Part shown: piece after piece, positions 33,475 through 45,040 of the stretch | How the letters are laid out: every line of letters starts with the position of its first letter | Numbering within the stretch: the first letter of the stretch is position 1 | NCBI GenBank assembly: GCA_010909165.1 | Contig: MU008164.1 | Location: 1,116,001-1,180,000, forward strand | Reading direction: 5' to 3' | Length of the DNA stretch: 64,000 nt | Origin: Anthoceros angustus | Lineage: Eukaryota > Plantae > Anthocerotophyta | Notes under the pieces: generated by a model | The model's input: only the letters and a program-made list of their open reading frames with translations | Told to the model about the DNA's origin: nothing | The model's database searches: none | Made by a program: the position numbers and the translations under genes

Positions 33475-36400
33475 CTAGGTTTTGGTAGGTGGGGCCTCTG
33501 GGTAGCCTTCATGGCTACCCATGCCCAGACTTTTCACGTGTCTGTAGTGTGCATCCCTGCTCAGGGACTTTGTGAACACATCTGCTGGATTCTCTGCGGT
33601 TGGTATATATTCCAGCATGATTTGACCAGACTTGATGAGGTCCCTAATGAAGTGATACTCCACCTCCACGTGTTTTGTGCGAGAATGGAATACGGGATTT
33701 TTAGCCAAGTTCATTGATCCCTGGTTGTCCGTTTTTATCGTGGTGCAGGTTGGGAGTGGCAGCCCTAGTCCCTTGAACATCATTTTGCGCCAAGCAATCT
33801 CCTTGGCTGCGGCTGTAAGAACACGATACTCAGCCTCGGTGCTTGATGTGGCAACGGTGGGCTGTTTTTTATTGGACCAGCAAATAGGTCCACCTGCTAC
33901 CATAACGACGTGCCACAGGCGATCTTGTGTATCAACATCTCCTGCATAGTCAGAGTCAGTGTATACATCCAACTCCAGTACGCCATGAATGTGTCTGAAC
34001 TTGATCCCTATGTTTGATGTTCCTTTCAAGTACCTAACGACTCTCTTAACTCCTCGATGTGTTTGTCCGGATTTTCAAGATATTGGGAAATGCGCTTGTG
34101 GTATAGGCAACATCGTCGTGTTGTGTTGGTGCATAGATAAGTTTGCCAACGCCCTTCACGTAAGGGATTGACCTCATCTCGTCTTTATCACTTTGTGTTT
34201 CAGGACTCATGGACTTGCTAAACTTCAGTCCACAAGGTAGTGGGGTAGCTGCTGGTTTTGCATCCTTCAAGCCAAGCTGCTCAGCACACTCTAACAGGTA
34301 GCGAGGTTGTGTAAGAGATATAGATCTACTTTTCCTATCCCTTTGAATAAGGACTCCCAAACAGCTTTGAAGAGCTCCAAGATTCGTCATTTCAAACTTG
34401 GTAGCTAGCAGCTTGTTAATTTTGGTGATGAATGTGGGGCTATTGCAGGATAGAATCAAGTCATCTACATATACTGCAAGATAGCATACCACATCACCGG
34501 ATCTGTAAACATACAAGTTATCAGAGACACTTGAAACCTAATGCTCGCTCTTCATCCGAGACATTCCACTCAAGGCTGCTTGTTATCGAGTCTTTATAAG
34601 GCGTGACATAATCCTCTTTACCCTTAACTCCGTATCCTTGCGGTTGCTGCATGTAGATTTCCGTGTCGAGCTTGCCATGTAAAATGTCATCTTACATCGA
34701 ACATGTCTAACTCATAATCCTGATGTGCTGCCAGGGCACATATAGTGCGAAAAGTGGCCAGCTTCATGACAGGAGCATATGTCTCAAAGTAATCCAGACC
34801 AGGCACTTGTGAAAAACCACGAGCTACAAGTCGTGCTTTGTACCTGTCGAATGTTCCATCTTCCTTCACCTTTAATTTAAACACCCACTTGCATGATATC
34901 ACCTTTCGTCCAGGAGGTAACTTAGCAAGTACCCATGTCCCATTCTTGATCAATGAATCGTATTCTGATTGAATTGCCTTGTTCCACTCTGCAGAATCAG
35001 GACGACGAAGTGCTTCCTCATAGGACTGTGGTTCAACAGGGTCAAGGTAGGTAGCATTAGCTGTTGCTCTTCGAAAATCCTGTGATAATGTCCGTGCCCG
35101 TCTTTCTCTTGTAGAGCAGCTCGGTGGTGGAATTTCGGGTTCAAAGGTGAAGTTCGGTCAACCTGTCCATCGGAAGGATCTTGGATCCTTGAGGATCGAG
35201 AATCCTCAACATCATCCTCGTCAAGGTCTGGGTCAGGGTCGGGCGGAGGTAGAAGGTCAGGTGGTGGAACTGGAGGAGGTTGCTGCTGCAAGTGTTCAGC
35301 AAAATCAGCTTCATCTGCCTGCTCCTGCTCATCATGTTGCTGTTCATCCCCCCCTGCAGGAGCAATCTCCTCAAGGGCAGAATCAGCAAAAACGGTGACA
35401 TCAGGCAAGACAGAAAGGTCAAGATCCTCCTGGGGGAGAGTAGCTCCCACTTGCTGCCAAGTTCGACCTTCATCAAAGGTCACACTGCGTGCATAGACCA
35501 CCTTGTTCTGAGGTACGTCATAGAGCTTGTAAGCTTTTATACCTTCAGTGTATCCTATCATAAGATATTTCTTGGCCTTAGCAGCTAACTTTGTTCTCTT
35601 GGCCTTAGGGATGAAGCTTAGGCATAAGCGATACATCCGAAAGTACGAAGATGGAGGATAGATGGCTTCCTGCCATACAAAGCTTCAAAGGGGTCTGTCC
35701 AGTTACAGCAGCTGTAGGCAACTGTTTCGTAAATACACAGCTGTCATAAGGGCTTCAGCCCAGTAGGACAGTGGCAATGAGGCTTGATGGAGCATAGATG
35801 AAACCATCTCCTGCAGAGTTAGGTTCAAGCGCTTAGCAACACCGTTCTGTTGCGGGGTGTAAACAACTGTAAGTTGTCTTCCAATCCCTTGGTCCTTGCA
35901 ATAGGCTTGAAATTCATTGGATGTGAATTCACCACCATTGTCAGAACGTAGAGTTTTCAGCTGTTTTCCTGTCCACCTCTCTGCAAGTTTCATATAGTCT
36001 TTGAACAGAGAGAAGCATTCACTCTTAGCTTTCAAAATATAAGCAGCAAATCTTGTCTTGTCATCATGAATGTGAGGAAGTATCGGCCACCACCAATTGA
36101 GGGCTGCAAAAGTGGCCCACATATGTCAGTGTGCACAAGCTCAAGAACTTGAGCCGGTGAGGAGCCTTGTTCTTGAAAAGCGATGGCGTTTAGGCGGCAC
36201 AAGCTTCACAGAGAGGTAAGGATGGCAAGCGTCAATGTTTCCATCCATGCAGTCACTAGCTAGTTTACGCAACTTACTTTGTGAGGGTGACCTAGGCGTA
36301 TATGCCATAACCTAGCTTTTTCTTCCTGCTTTGCAGCTGTCTCTGACGACTTGGAAGTTAAGTTGGCTTTGGCATTACTAATGTGAGTCTGCAATCTGAA

Positions 36401-39400
36401 AAGATCATGGTCAGATGACCCATAAGCTAGGATTTTACGATGATCAAAAGCATCTATTATCCTACATTCTGTTGGAGTGAAGAGGATGTGATTGTTATTA
36501 TCCATGTTCAGCTTCCTAACAGAAATCAGGTTCCTGTCATTTCAGGCACATGATATACGTCTGTCAGTAGGATCGTGATGCGTGAAGGAACTGGGATTTT
36601 CACTGTGCCGATGCCTGGGGACACAAGTGAGCTATCGTCACCTAGGTAAACAAACTGGTCTTTAACTAGTCTGTAATTGACGAATGAGTTTCTATCGAAA
36701 CAAATGTGCGCTGTTGCACCTGTATCAAGGAACCATTCTTGTGTGGGTTTACCTTGAGTATTTGCTAACAGACATGTGGGGTTTGCAAGAGGACGAGTAA
36801 ACTTCCTGTTCCCTACTGTTAGGGCTGAAGGAGAGCCTTGTTTTGTCACCACAACGTGTGTCTGAGAAGTGGAGTTACCCTCCTTGCGAGGTACTCCGGA
36901 CTGCTTCTTTCAACAATCATTCTCCCAATGGCCTGGAATCTGGCACCAGTGGCATTTTCCAGCCTTCTTGGGCTTCTTCTGTGTAGTAGCTTTCTGGGAG
37001 CTGCTAGCACTCGAGGTATGTAGTTTACCTCTGAAGTTGGGCTTTCCGCCCTTTCCTTTGTTGGTGGTGTCTGGGGCCGGTGCCCAAACTGTCCTCTTGT
37101 TGCCTCTTCCTGAAGAAGAGCTCCCACTAACTCTGAAAACGTTGTTGGGGGTGTGGACTACGGACTTCCCTTGGGGGTTAAGAAATAAGTAGGGGTTTGT
37201 TTTTTTGTAGGAGCGGAGGATAAAATAAGGCGGAAAAGGGAGGAATAATACGGATCAGACTGCACTCCGGAGTATACTCCGGACCGCTGGAATAGGCAAC
37301 GTGCACCTACTATGACAGCTGGATCGGGGCACGGATAAGTCCGGACTCACTCCAGTCCAAGCGAGATAAATGCGGGAAAGTAACTTAGAAGTGAGCCGTG
37401 AGGACGGACTAGGCGGCGCCACGTGATGCCCGAGTGGAGGTCGGGCATGCGGTTAGCTGGACGCCAAGGGCCAGGCAGTATTCACGCCGCCGGGGCACGG
37501 CGCTGGACGCTGGCGTAAGGCGAGTAAGCGGGCGTAAGGTCGAATAAGCCATGCGGACCTCTGTAGTTACGACAGGAAGAGGCGCCTTCCCGGTTACTCC
37601 GGCGCGGCGAAGGGAAGGTCATTTATTGCTGCAACCTAGGACCAATTCAGCTCTTGCGCTCCGCAACCCGGCTCTTTGGCGCTATCTCTTTGAGCGCCCC
37701 AGCACTTTCGAGCGTAGTTCACTGCCGGGGTTGGAGAAGCGAACGCGACGAGGAGGCGCGATCGTGCGGTGAACTCCGGTCGGCTGGCGACAACAGGAGA
37801 CGAAGGCAATGGCACCCAAAAAGCCTGCGGAAGTTTGGGAGCCATGGAACCTCGTGGAGCGCAACATTGTGACCGGCGCTACCGGACTTTGGGCCTGGTG
37901 GAGGCGGAGAATTAGTGGAGGAGTGGCACTTGGATGCGTTCGAGGCAGTGCAGGCGTTGCTGTCATTCGTCCGGAGTTCGCCGGAAGATCTTGTGGCGGT
38001 CAACAAGGAGGTGCGGTCCAAGAACCTCGGGAGGACCGAGGCGATGGACCTTGGAGGTCCGAGGCGGCCTACAACCGCCCAAAGGAGGAAGAAGAGTGGT
38101 GCGGGCCCCTCAAGGCGAAGGGAAGATAGGGCCGCAACAGCGATGCCGAGGCTCGACGCAGAGGACCACCAACAGGCTGGTGATCTCACCCTCTTGATGA
38201 TCGAGTAAGGCGGTAGCCGGATCATTGTCCATTGAACTCGCCACCAAGGTGGATCACCTTGGTGATGACCTGCTGGTGGCTGCATGCGCTACGAGGGAAG
38301 AGGCGGGGGGAAGGATTATCTTCGGTTTAGTCGAGGAGCATAGCTCGGACCGAAGCCCTCGCCAGACATGCATTTGTCCCGATCCATGTATGGGGACATT
38401 TCGAGCTCTGAAGGAGGGAGAGCTTGAGCGGCGCCCGGAAAAGGACTGAGGCCCCGCCGGTGGAGGCGGGCAAGGCGAGGGGAGGCCGACCATCAAGGCC
38501 AAAGCGGACCCGGGAGGAGGACGATCGAGGGAATTCTGACTCCATACGTGAACGGACCCCTCACCACCTGTGGAAGTATGGGAGGAATCGCTTCCCTCCT
38601 CACAGTGCCCAAGGGCCAGGTCTGGCGGCCAACAAGCCAACCGGCCATGCCATGAGCACCCGGACCCGAGAGGGCAAGAAGAGCGCCAACGCTAGCACCT
38701 CAGGCGGTGCGGTACCCGCCGCAATTAGAAGCGGAGGAAGCGGTAAGGAGGCGAAGGGACGCCTGTGGAGCAGGAGGACACCGCAGCCGCACTGAGCCGG
38801 GTCCTGCCGCCATGTGAAGGGGCAAAAGGGCTTGCTCCGGACCCCTCACCTCCTCCGAGCCCTGTGAGAAAAAGGGCTCGGCCAAAGGGCCAAGGAGGGT
38901 GAAGCTCCGAGCCTCGGGACCTAAGGGTCCCGATTAGGTCCGAGCAGTCCGGACTTACTCCGACACGGTATGGAGGTCCTGGCGATGGAAATGCCGGGCT
39001 CCACGACTTTGTGGGAGCCTCACTGGCGGCCGTGGAAGAAACACGGCGGGTCACAGCTACCGTCATGGACGGTATGCTTTGGGGTCTGGGATGGCGAAGA
39101 CCTGTGAGGTAGAAGCCACCCGAGGCGCATGGTACTCCTCCGGGAGGCGGTTGGAGGGGCCCAGAGGCAGAAGGAAGGCCAAGCTCGGCCGGATTGAGGA
39201 AGGGAAACGCCGGAGGCGAGAGGAAGTCTGGTCCATCCGCAGGACGGACTAAATTCCCCTGAGGAGCACCAAGGTGCACAGCCTCGGAGATTGATCGTGG
39301 TCCCGTGACTGACCTAACGTGTTGTGGTGTGTGTGGAGTGATCGGGGACCCGTGCTCGTCGAGCCACGGCCCAGCCGAACGGACCGAACGTGTGGCCGAG

Positions 39401-40380
39401 GGATCCGGAGGGCGGCAGAGCGGACGAGAGGCCCAGAGAACGACGGAGGAGGTCCGGACAGGTAACCCAGCGTCTTTCCCTAAGACCGATAAGTGTAGTG
39501 TGAGTGGAGAGAGGAACGGACGAGAGGCGGAGTGACGAACGTGAACGAAACGGACGCGAACGGGTCCTTAAACGTTTGGCCACACCGGGCCTGTGCGGTG
39601 ATTTTTGCGAGTAGTTAGATGTGAACTGATAAATGTGTGCGTGGGAACTAAAATAAGACGAGGATCGCCTGAAACGCTGCAACCGGAGCCTGTCATTCTC
39701 TTGGGAACGGACTCCTTCCTACAACGACACGGGATTGTGCGCGCCCGGCTGGCCATCAGCGAAAGTCGCGCCACAGGGGGTAATGTAACTCCTGCGGCCT
39801 TAGCTATCTTCTGTCCTTGAAGATGCGAGGCATTGTAGGAGGTGACAAAGTGTGACCACGACTCGGGCAGAGACATCATGAAGTACAGTGTGAGAAAGTC
39901 ATCCTTGACTGTTTCTTGAGAAGCACTCTCAAGTTTAGACACCATTGATCTAAAATGTCCAAGATGTTTCTCAATTATATCTCCATCTCTCATTTTGCAG
40001 TTCTGAAGATTGCGAAGTGCTGTCATCTGACTCGTTGAATTGGTTCCTGCGAACAAGTCTTGAAGTCTGGACCATATCTCAGCTGCAGTTTTGCATCCAG
40101 AGGTCTGTCTCAACATGTCAGAGGTTAGGCCGCTCCTAATGAGATACTGAGCAGATTCATCCTTGACAGTCCAAGCATCCTGCAATTTCTTTTCAGCAAT
40201 TGAAGGAGTGGAATCAGGTGGTATAGTAAGAGGAAACATGTCTTCCCCTTTCACCAGTTTCCACAACTGCTTATTTTGCAATGATCCACGCATCCGCATT
40301 ACCCATATGTCGTAATCTGTCCCCCCAAACCTGTCTTTTTCCTTGAATGCATCACCACTCGAATTGCTCGAGTCAGCCAT
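33475..40380 (-). pseudogene. Copia 2 gag-pol, interrupted by a solo LTR and frameshifts
   Basis: Gag MADSSNSSGDAFKEKDRFGGTDYDIW, protease WFLDTGATAHIC, LWHIRLGHP, integrase LRSDNGGEF/PQQNGVA, RT YKARLVARG/YVDD, RNase H SSTEAEY/TDNQGS/KHVEVEYHFIR. Confidence 0.9.
37152..39775. mobile_element. 2624-bp GC-rich insertion with TG...CA ends, probable solo LTR of a large-LTR (possibly Gypsy) element
   Basis: Starts TGTGG and ends CCACA; GGGGG TSD at 37147-37151 and 39776-39780. Excision restores gag in frame (VTLPP|TTFSELVGALLQEE). No internal terminal direct repeat seen. Confidence 0.82.
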
Positions 40381-42164
40381 GTTTAGGACTGCCGTTAGTC
40401 CTTCCTAAACGTTAGGATTAAAATGGCTGTTAATTTAATGCTCCTGTCTGACCTAACCTGTGCAGGTCACCAGGGCTGATGATTCAGGAACGAAAAGACA
40501 CTAAGATGCTACTGATGCATCTTAAAGGGCTGCAAACTGCAGCCAATTTACAAAGGGTTAACATGGTCAGCAAGCACTTGAGGTAGGTTAGTAGCTTGCA
40601 TATAAACTCTGTTATCAATCCTTTGTTTCCTAATCTCCCATTTGTTGAATGCGTAGGTAGAGCAAGAAGGACATGAATTTGGAGTGTGAAACAAATGAAA
40701 CCTATCTGTTTTACTTGCCTTCTTACATGCAACACCTCTGAATACAGGGTTTGCAAGCAAGGCAGGTTTCAATAAGGTAAGCAGTTTATAATCCAAATGT
40801 TCTATCTTCTCTGTTAGATCTCGCAAGTCTACATTAGCGTGATGCAGGCTGATTGTTTGAAATCTCCTATCGACATGTTGCTGGTGTGCTTCGATTCTAG
40901 CATTCAAGTGTGTAACACTTGTGTATGGTGCGACATGTGTGGTCAGGAAACCTCTGGGGTGACCATTGCCATCAAATGCTCGCTGAACACGTACTTCTGG
41001 AAGATTGTTAGGGTTTCTAGGTGGAGGGGCAAACGCAAGATGGCGTTGTTCAGGGAAGAGGGTCTCAATTATAATATTGAAGGACTCCCTTAGTTCCAGC
41101 GCAAGTACAGGTTGATTTTGTGTCCTCTGCGGCGATTCTGCTGTGGAACTCGCTCAGCAGAGCGTGGCTGCCATTGCTGCCCATCCAATTGATTGGCCAT
41201 TCATTTGGCCACAATTTTGTGTTTTAGAAATGCTTCAAGAAGCATATTGTAATTTCTATTATGATTTTATAAAGAATTTTTGCCACTTCTGGCAATCGTT
41301 CTAGTGTACCTGGTGTCAAATTGCCTTGCAGCAATATGACAACAGGTGCACTAGGACGAACTCCTAGAAATGCAAAATCTTTCTAAATAAAGATAAAAAA
41401 AGCAACAATTTGGTTTCTTGAACATTTTCTTTATTTCTTATTAGAACCTGTTTTCTAATCAAGAAACAAACACAAAAATATATATATGCACATCTACATG
41501 TGCAGAATTTAATGTGCATTCACATGAATGCAATCTACACCTAGCATGGCTCTAATACCATAACAAAATATGTAATAGATGCAGATCAATTACGTATTAA
41601 GTAATTACATTGTTATATATTCATAGAAGAATAGAGTACATAGAACAAGCAAGCAACTGAACTTAACTTAACTACGAAAAGGCATGACCTTTGGCCAACA
41701 GACGTAACCCTAATGAAAAGGTAAGTAGCTAAATTAAAACTAGTTGCACACACACACATACTATATATCGGAATATAACTAAGCCCTAAGTAATGACTCA
41801 ACATTCTATCTCCAATACCGCCATCCCGGCGGCAAGATTTGGATCTTGGCAATCCTGCCTCAATCGAAGTAGCCATGGGGCCGACGGCGGCGTGGGCTGG
41901 AGGCTTCGCATTATTGCCACTGCTGAGGATCATAAACTCAACAACAGATCATTGCAAGACCATTGCAAGACATGACAACTTCCACGTTGTTCCAATTATG
42001 CGTAGCTTTCAATTTAGAATCCATAGAGCCCTAGAATGGCATGTATGTAGAGGAAGAACAAAGAAGTCTATTATAGTCCAAGTCTTTATGGTACATTTTT
42101 CTATTATAGTCTAAGTCTAAGTCTTCTATTATAGTCCAAGTTTGTATGGTACATACACATTAAC

Positions 42165-42582
42165 TGCTATTGTGCGCATACTTGCTATTGTGCGCATACT
42201 TCCTACGTGGCTATGTACGGATGGCAATAGATGGAATTTAAATATTTATATAAAATATATATTACTATATAAGTATCATACATATTATTTTAGGATATAG
42301 ACTTTAAAAAGTTGTGATGATGATAGATTCTAAATTGGGCACCTAATTCACTCCTATAAATGCCCTTATGGATCATCCTATTGTGCGCACACTTCAACAT
42401 CGGTTGACATGGCTATGTACAAATGCTGACAGATAGAGATTTGAAATTATCTATATAAATTTTACAATAAAAATATTATATTATATAAGGATTATATAAG
42501 GACATTTTACTTTAGGATATAGACTTTGACAAGTTGTGATAATATGAAAGATTCCATATGTGGGTAATTTGCTCCTATAAAA
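42165..42582. repeat. ~215-bp degenerate tandem duplication upstream of the RING gene, each unit ending in CTCCTATAAA (TATA-like)
   Basis: CTATTGTGCGCA...GGCTATGTAC...TTTAGGATATAGACTTT..AAGTTGTGAT...CTCCTATAAA occurs twice. Related copies at about 25601-25671 and 27314-27365. Confidence 0.7.
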
Positions 42583-42828
42583 ACCTCGTAAGGTTTATGA
42601 CTCTAATATATGAAGGCGATCACTATGTTTTAATACACAAGAATACCAGCAGGCCAGTTGGAAAGTTAGAAATCCATTGTCATGCGTTTATGTCTTGCTC
42701 TAAGATTTAGTTTTTGTAGACGTATCATTCTAAGGTTATTTTTCTTTGTTAAGTTTATGTATTCTTGGTCGTGTATAGCTTAAAATACAAGGTATACAAG
42801 GTATTTTACTTTTCTTTTACAAGCTCAT

Positions 42829-43512
42829 ATGATGGATATAATATTGGAGTTTAGACGTATTATTGAAGTATTAGTTTTCATGGCACCAACAGTACCAGTT
42901 TTGGCACTGAAAGTACCAAGAGGACTAAGAAAACAAGTTAGCGCACCAACACCAGTAATAGTTGCCACACCACGGATACCACAAGTTGCCCTCGGACTAG
43001 GGGATAAAATACAACTTGCTATCGTACTCATCGCATCATTATTGACATGTATCATGCTAGCAATGAGCGTATGTTGTGGAGATAGATTTTGGTCATTCAT
43101 CCAAACAGTACTTGGAAGAGAAGAACCTGAACCTGAACTTGAACCTAGACCTAGACCTAGACCTGCACCTGCACCTACACGTGCATCAGCAGGTGCACCT
43201 GCATCTGCACCTGCACTTGCTCCTATTCATGCACCTGCACCTAGATCGGCCCAACAACGTTTTCAAGTTGATATAACTAAATTGGAAAAAATCATTCCAC
43301 ACATATTATATAAGAAAGAAGAGGGTGTATATGAAGAATGTTGTATATGTTTACAAATGTTTGAGGACACACAAGAAGTGAGAAGATTACCAATTTGTTC
43401 TCATTTATTCCATCGTAAATGTATTGATCATTGGTTTGCAACTTCAACAACTTGTCCCTTTGATAGAAGCACTATCGATGTAAAGGAGGCATTTGTGATA
43501 ATACATTTGTAA
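42829..43512 (+). CDS. ATL-like transmembrane RING-H2 E3 ubiquitin ligase, intronless CDS
   Basis: TM segment IQLAIVLIASLLTCIMLAMSVCC, Pro/Ala-rich linker, and RING-H2 CCIC...CSHLFHRKC...W...CPFD. Confidence 0.85.
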   Translation: MMDIILEFRRIIEVLVFMAPTVPVLALKVPRGLRKQVSAPTPVIVATPRIPQVALGLGDKIQLAIVLIASLLTCIMLAMSVCCGDRFWSFIQTVLGREEPEPELEPRPRPRPAPAPTRASAGAPASAPALAPIHAPAPRSAQQRFQVDITKLEKIIPHILYKKEEGVYEECCICLQMFEDTQEVRRLPICSHLFHRKCIDHWFATSTTCPFDRSTIDVKEAFVIIHL

Positions 43513-44767
43513 ATAGCATAACAAAGACGAATAAGTACATGTCGATAGTATAATCGTACTTACAACATTGTACTTGTACTACAATTGGTAGCAGCGTCAC
43601 GAAAGGCATGTAAAATTTGAACATTAAAGTATTTTATTTATTATAAAAACTTAAATTTTAAACTTAATTTACTGAGACTCATTTAATTTTTGCCATCTTG
43701 CTAGGTTCATGACCAATGAGTTCCGTTCTCGGTCTGACCGACGGAATTGGAACACGTTGCCCGTTCTGTGGACTGACCTCTCCCCCTGCGTTACTACCAT
43801 GGAGGGAGGAGCCCAATGGACATGGCCGTCGTGATGATGATTTGAATTACGCTATTGTTGTTACGGGGAAGTGATGATTTGTATTGAGGTTAGAAGGAAA
43901 AGATGTACCCGATTTGTCATAAAAAGTGGTTGGATCTTGGATCCCCTTGAATGAAAAGCTGCCTAGAAGTTAGGAGACCATGACCGCGTACGCTTACACA
44001 AACGAGGCGCCAGACCGGTATTTTAGGTTTGTTGTTGTTCTTCAAACAGTAGTGGCTGATGTTTCCGCTATGGCTGCTGCTTACCTCACTGCAAGTAAGT
44101 GTTCCATCGTGTCAAGCTACTGGTTCATAAGTCTGTGATTTCTGAAGTGTTCTATAGGTTTTGAGGTTAAAATTTGAAAAATAAGAGAGCATATAGCATA
44201 TCTAACCAAAACTTCTAGCACTATGTGATAATTAAATTATAGATTAGAAAAAAATAGCTCTAGATCTATTGGATGTGGCTTTTGAAAATATTTACACTAA
44301 AAAATGAAACAAATTGCTTTATTTAAATAAGAATAGTTCTCTTGTCCTGTTGGTGGCCATGTCAAATTAAGTTTCTCGTTTATCTCTCTTAGTACATTGA
44401 CACAACTCTTTTTTTTTGGTATCATGTCTTCTTCTTGAGCCTATCTATCTCATGCACTTTTCTTTTCTTATTACTAGTTAGAATTTCATTGGTCCTCTTC
44501 ATGTATAATTGGGTTTTGCATATTATGCGTTGATCCATTTGCTCGATTAACATCTCCAGTCGGCTTGTTCATTCTCTTTCGTTCACATGCAACACACCTG
44601 CTTTTTTCGTCATATCATTCGAGTTGATGGAGTTTATCACAAATTCGTATCTCCTTTGAAGACTCATAGGATCAGAAAATTCGAGACGCTCCCGTTTGTT
44701 TGCTACGCGTGCAACCCGATAAGTCGGATACACACACTGAGATGGGTGAACATGCTCGTTATTTCTT

Positions 44768-45040
44768 TGGTGACAAATCCCAAGTGGTCCAGCTTTGAGG
44801 GTGCTTCATTGTCTTCTCCCTACTTTGGTGGCGAATTTCAAGTAGTCTAACATGAGGGTGGTTCGTTGTCTCGTCCCTACATCGGTGGCGCACTTCAAGG
44901 AGTCTAGAGGGAGCGTGCTCCATCGTCTCCTCCCGACTTTGGTGGTGCATTTCAATTGGTTTAGCTCGAGGATGCTCCGTTGTCTCCTCCCTACCTTGGT
45001 GGCGCATTTCAAGTGGTGTAGCTTGAGGGTGCTCCGTTAT
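44768..45040. repeat. 57-bp minisatellite, about 4.7 copies
   Basis: GGTGG(C/T)G core at 44827, 44884, 44941 and 44998; reads as a 19-aa repeat on the minus strand. Confidence 0.88.

Larger units (their letters stand above)
32052..41817 (-). mobile_element. Ty1/Copia LTR retrotransposon 2, TA...TA termini, TSD CCGCC, recent insertion
   Basis: 257-bp LTRs 32052-32308 and 41561-41817, about 3 substitutions by eye. CCGCC at 32047-32051 and 41818-41822. PBS TGGTATTAGAGC (41560-41549), PPT AGTGGGAG (32316-32309). Confidence 0.95.

Noticed and set aside
37551-39535. GC-rich ORFs inside the solo LTR as host genes or LINE ORF1
   Set aside because: Entirely within a TSD-bounded insertion; no complete zinc knuckle or recognisable domain.
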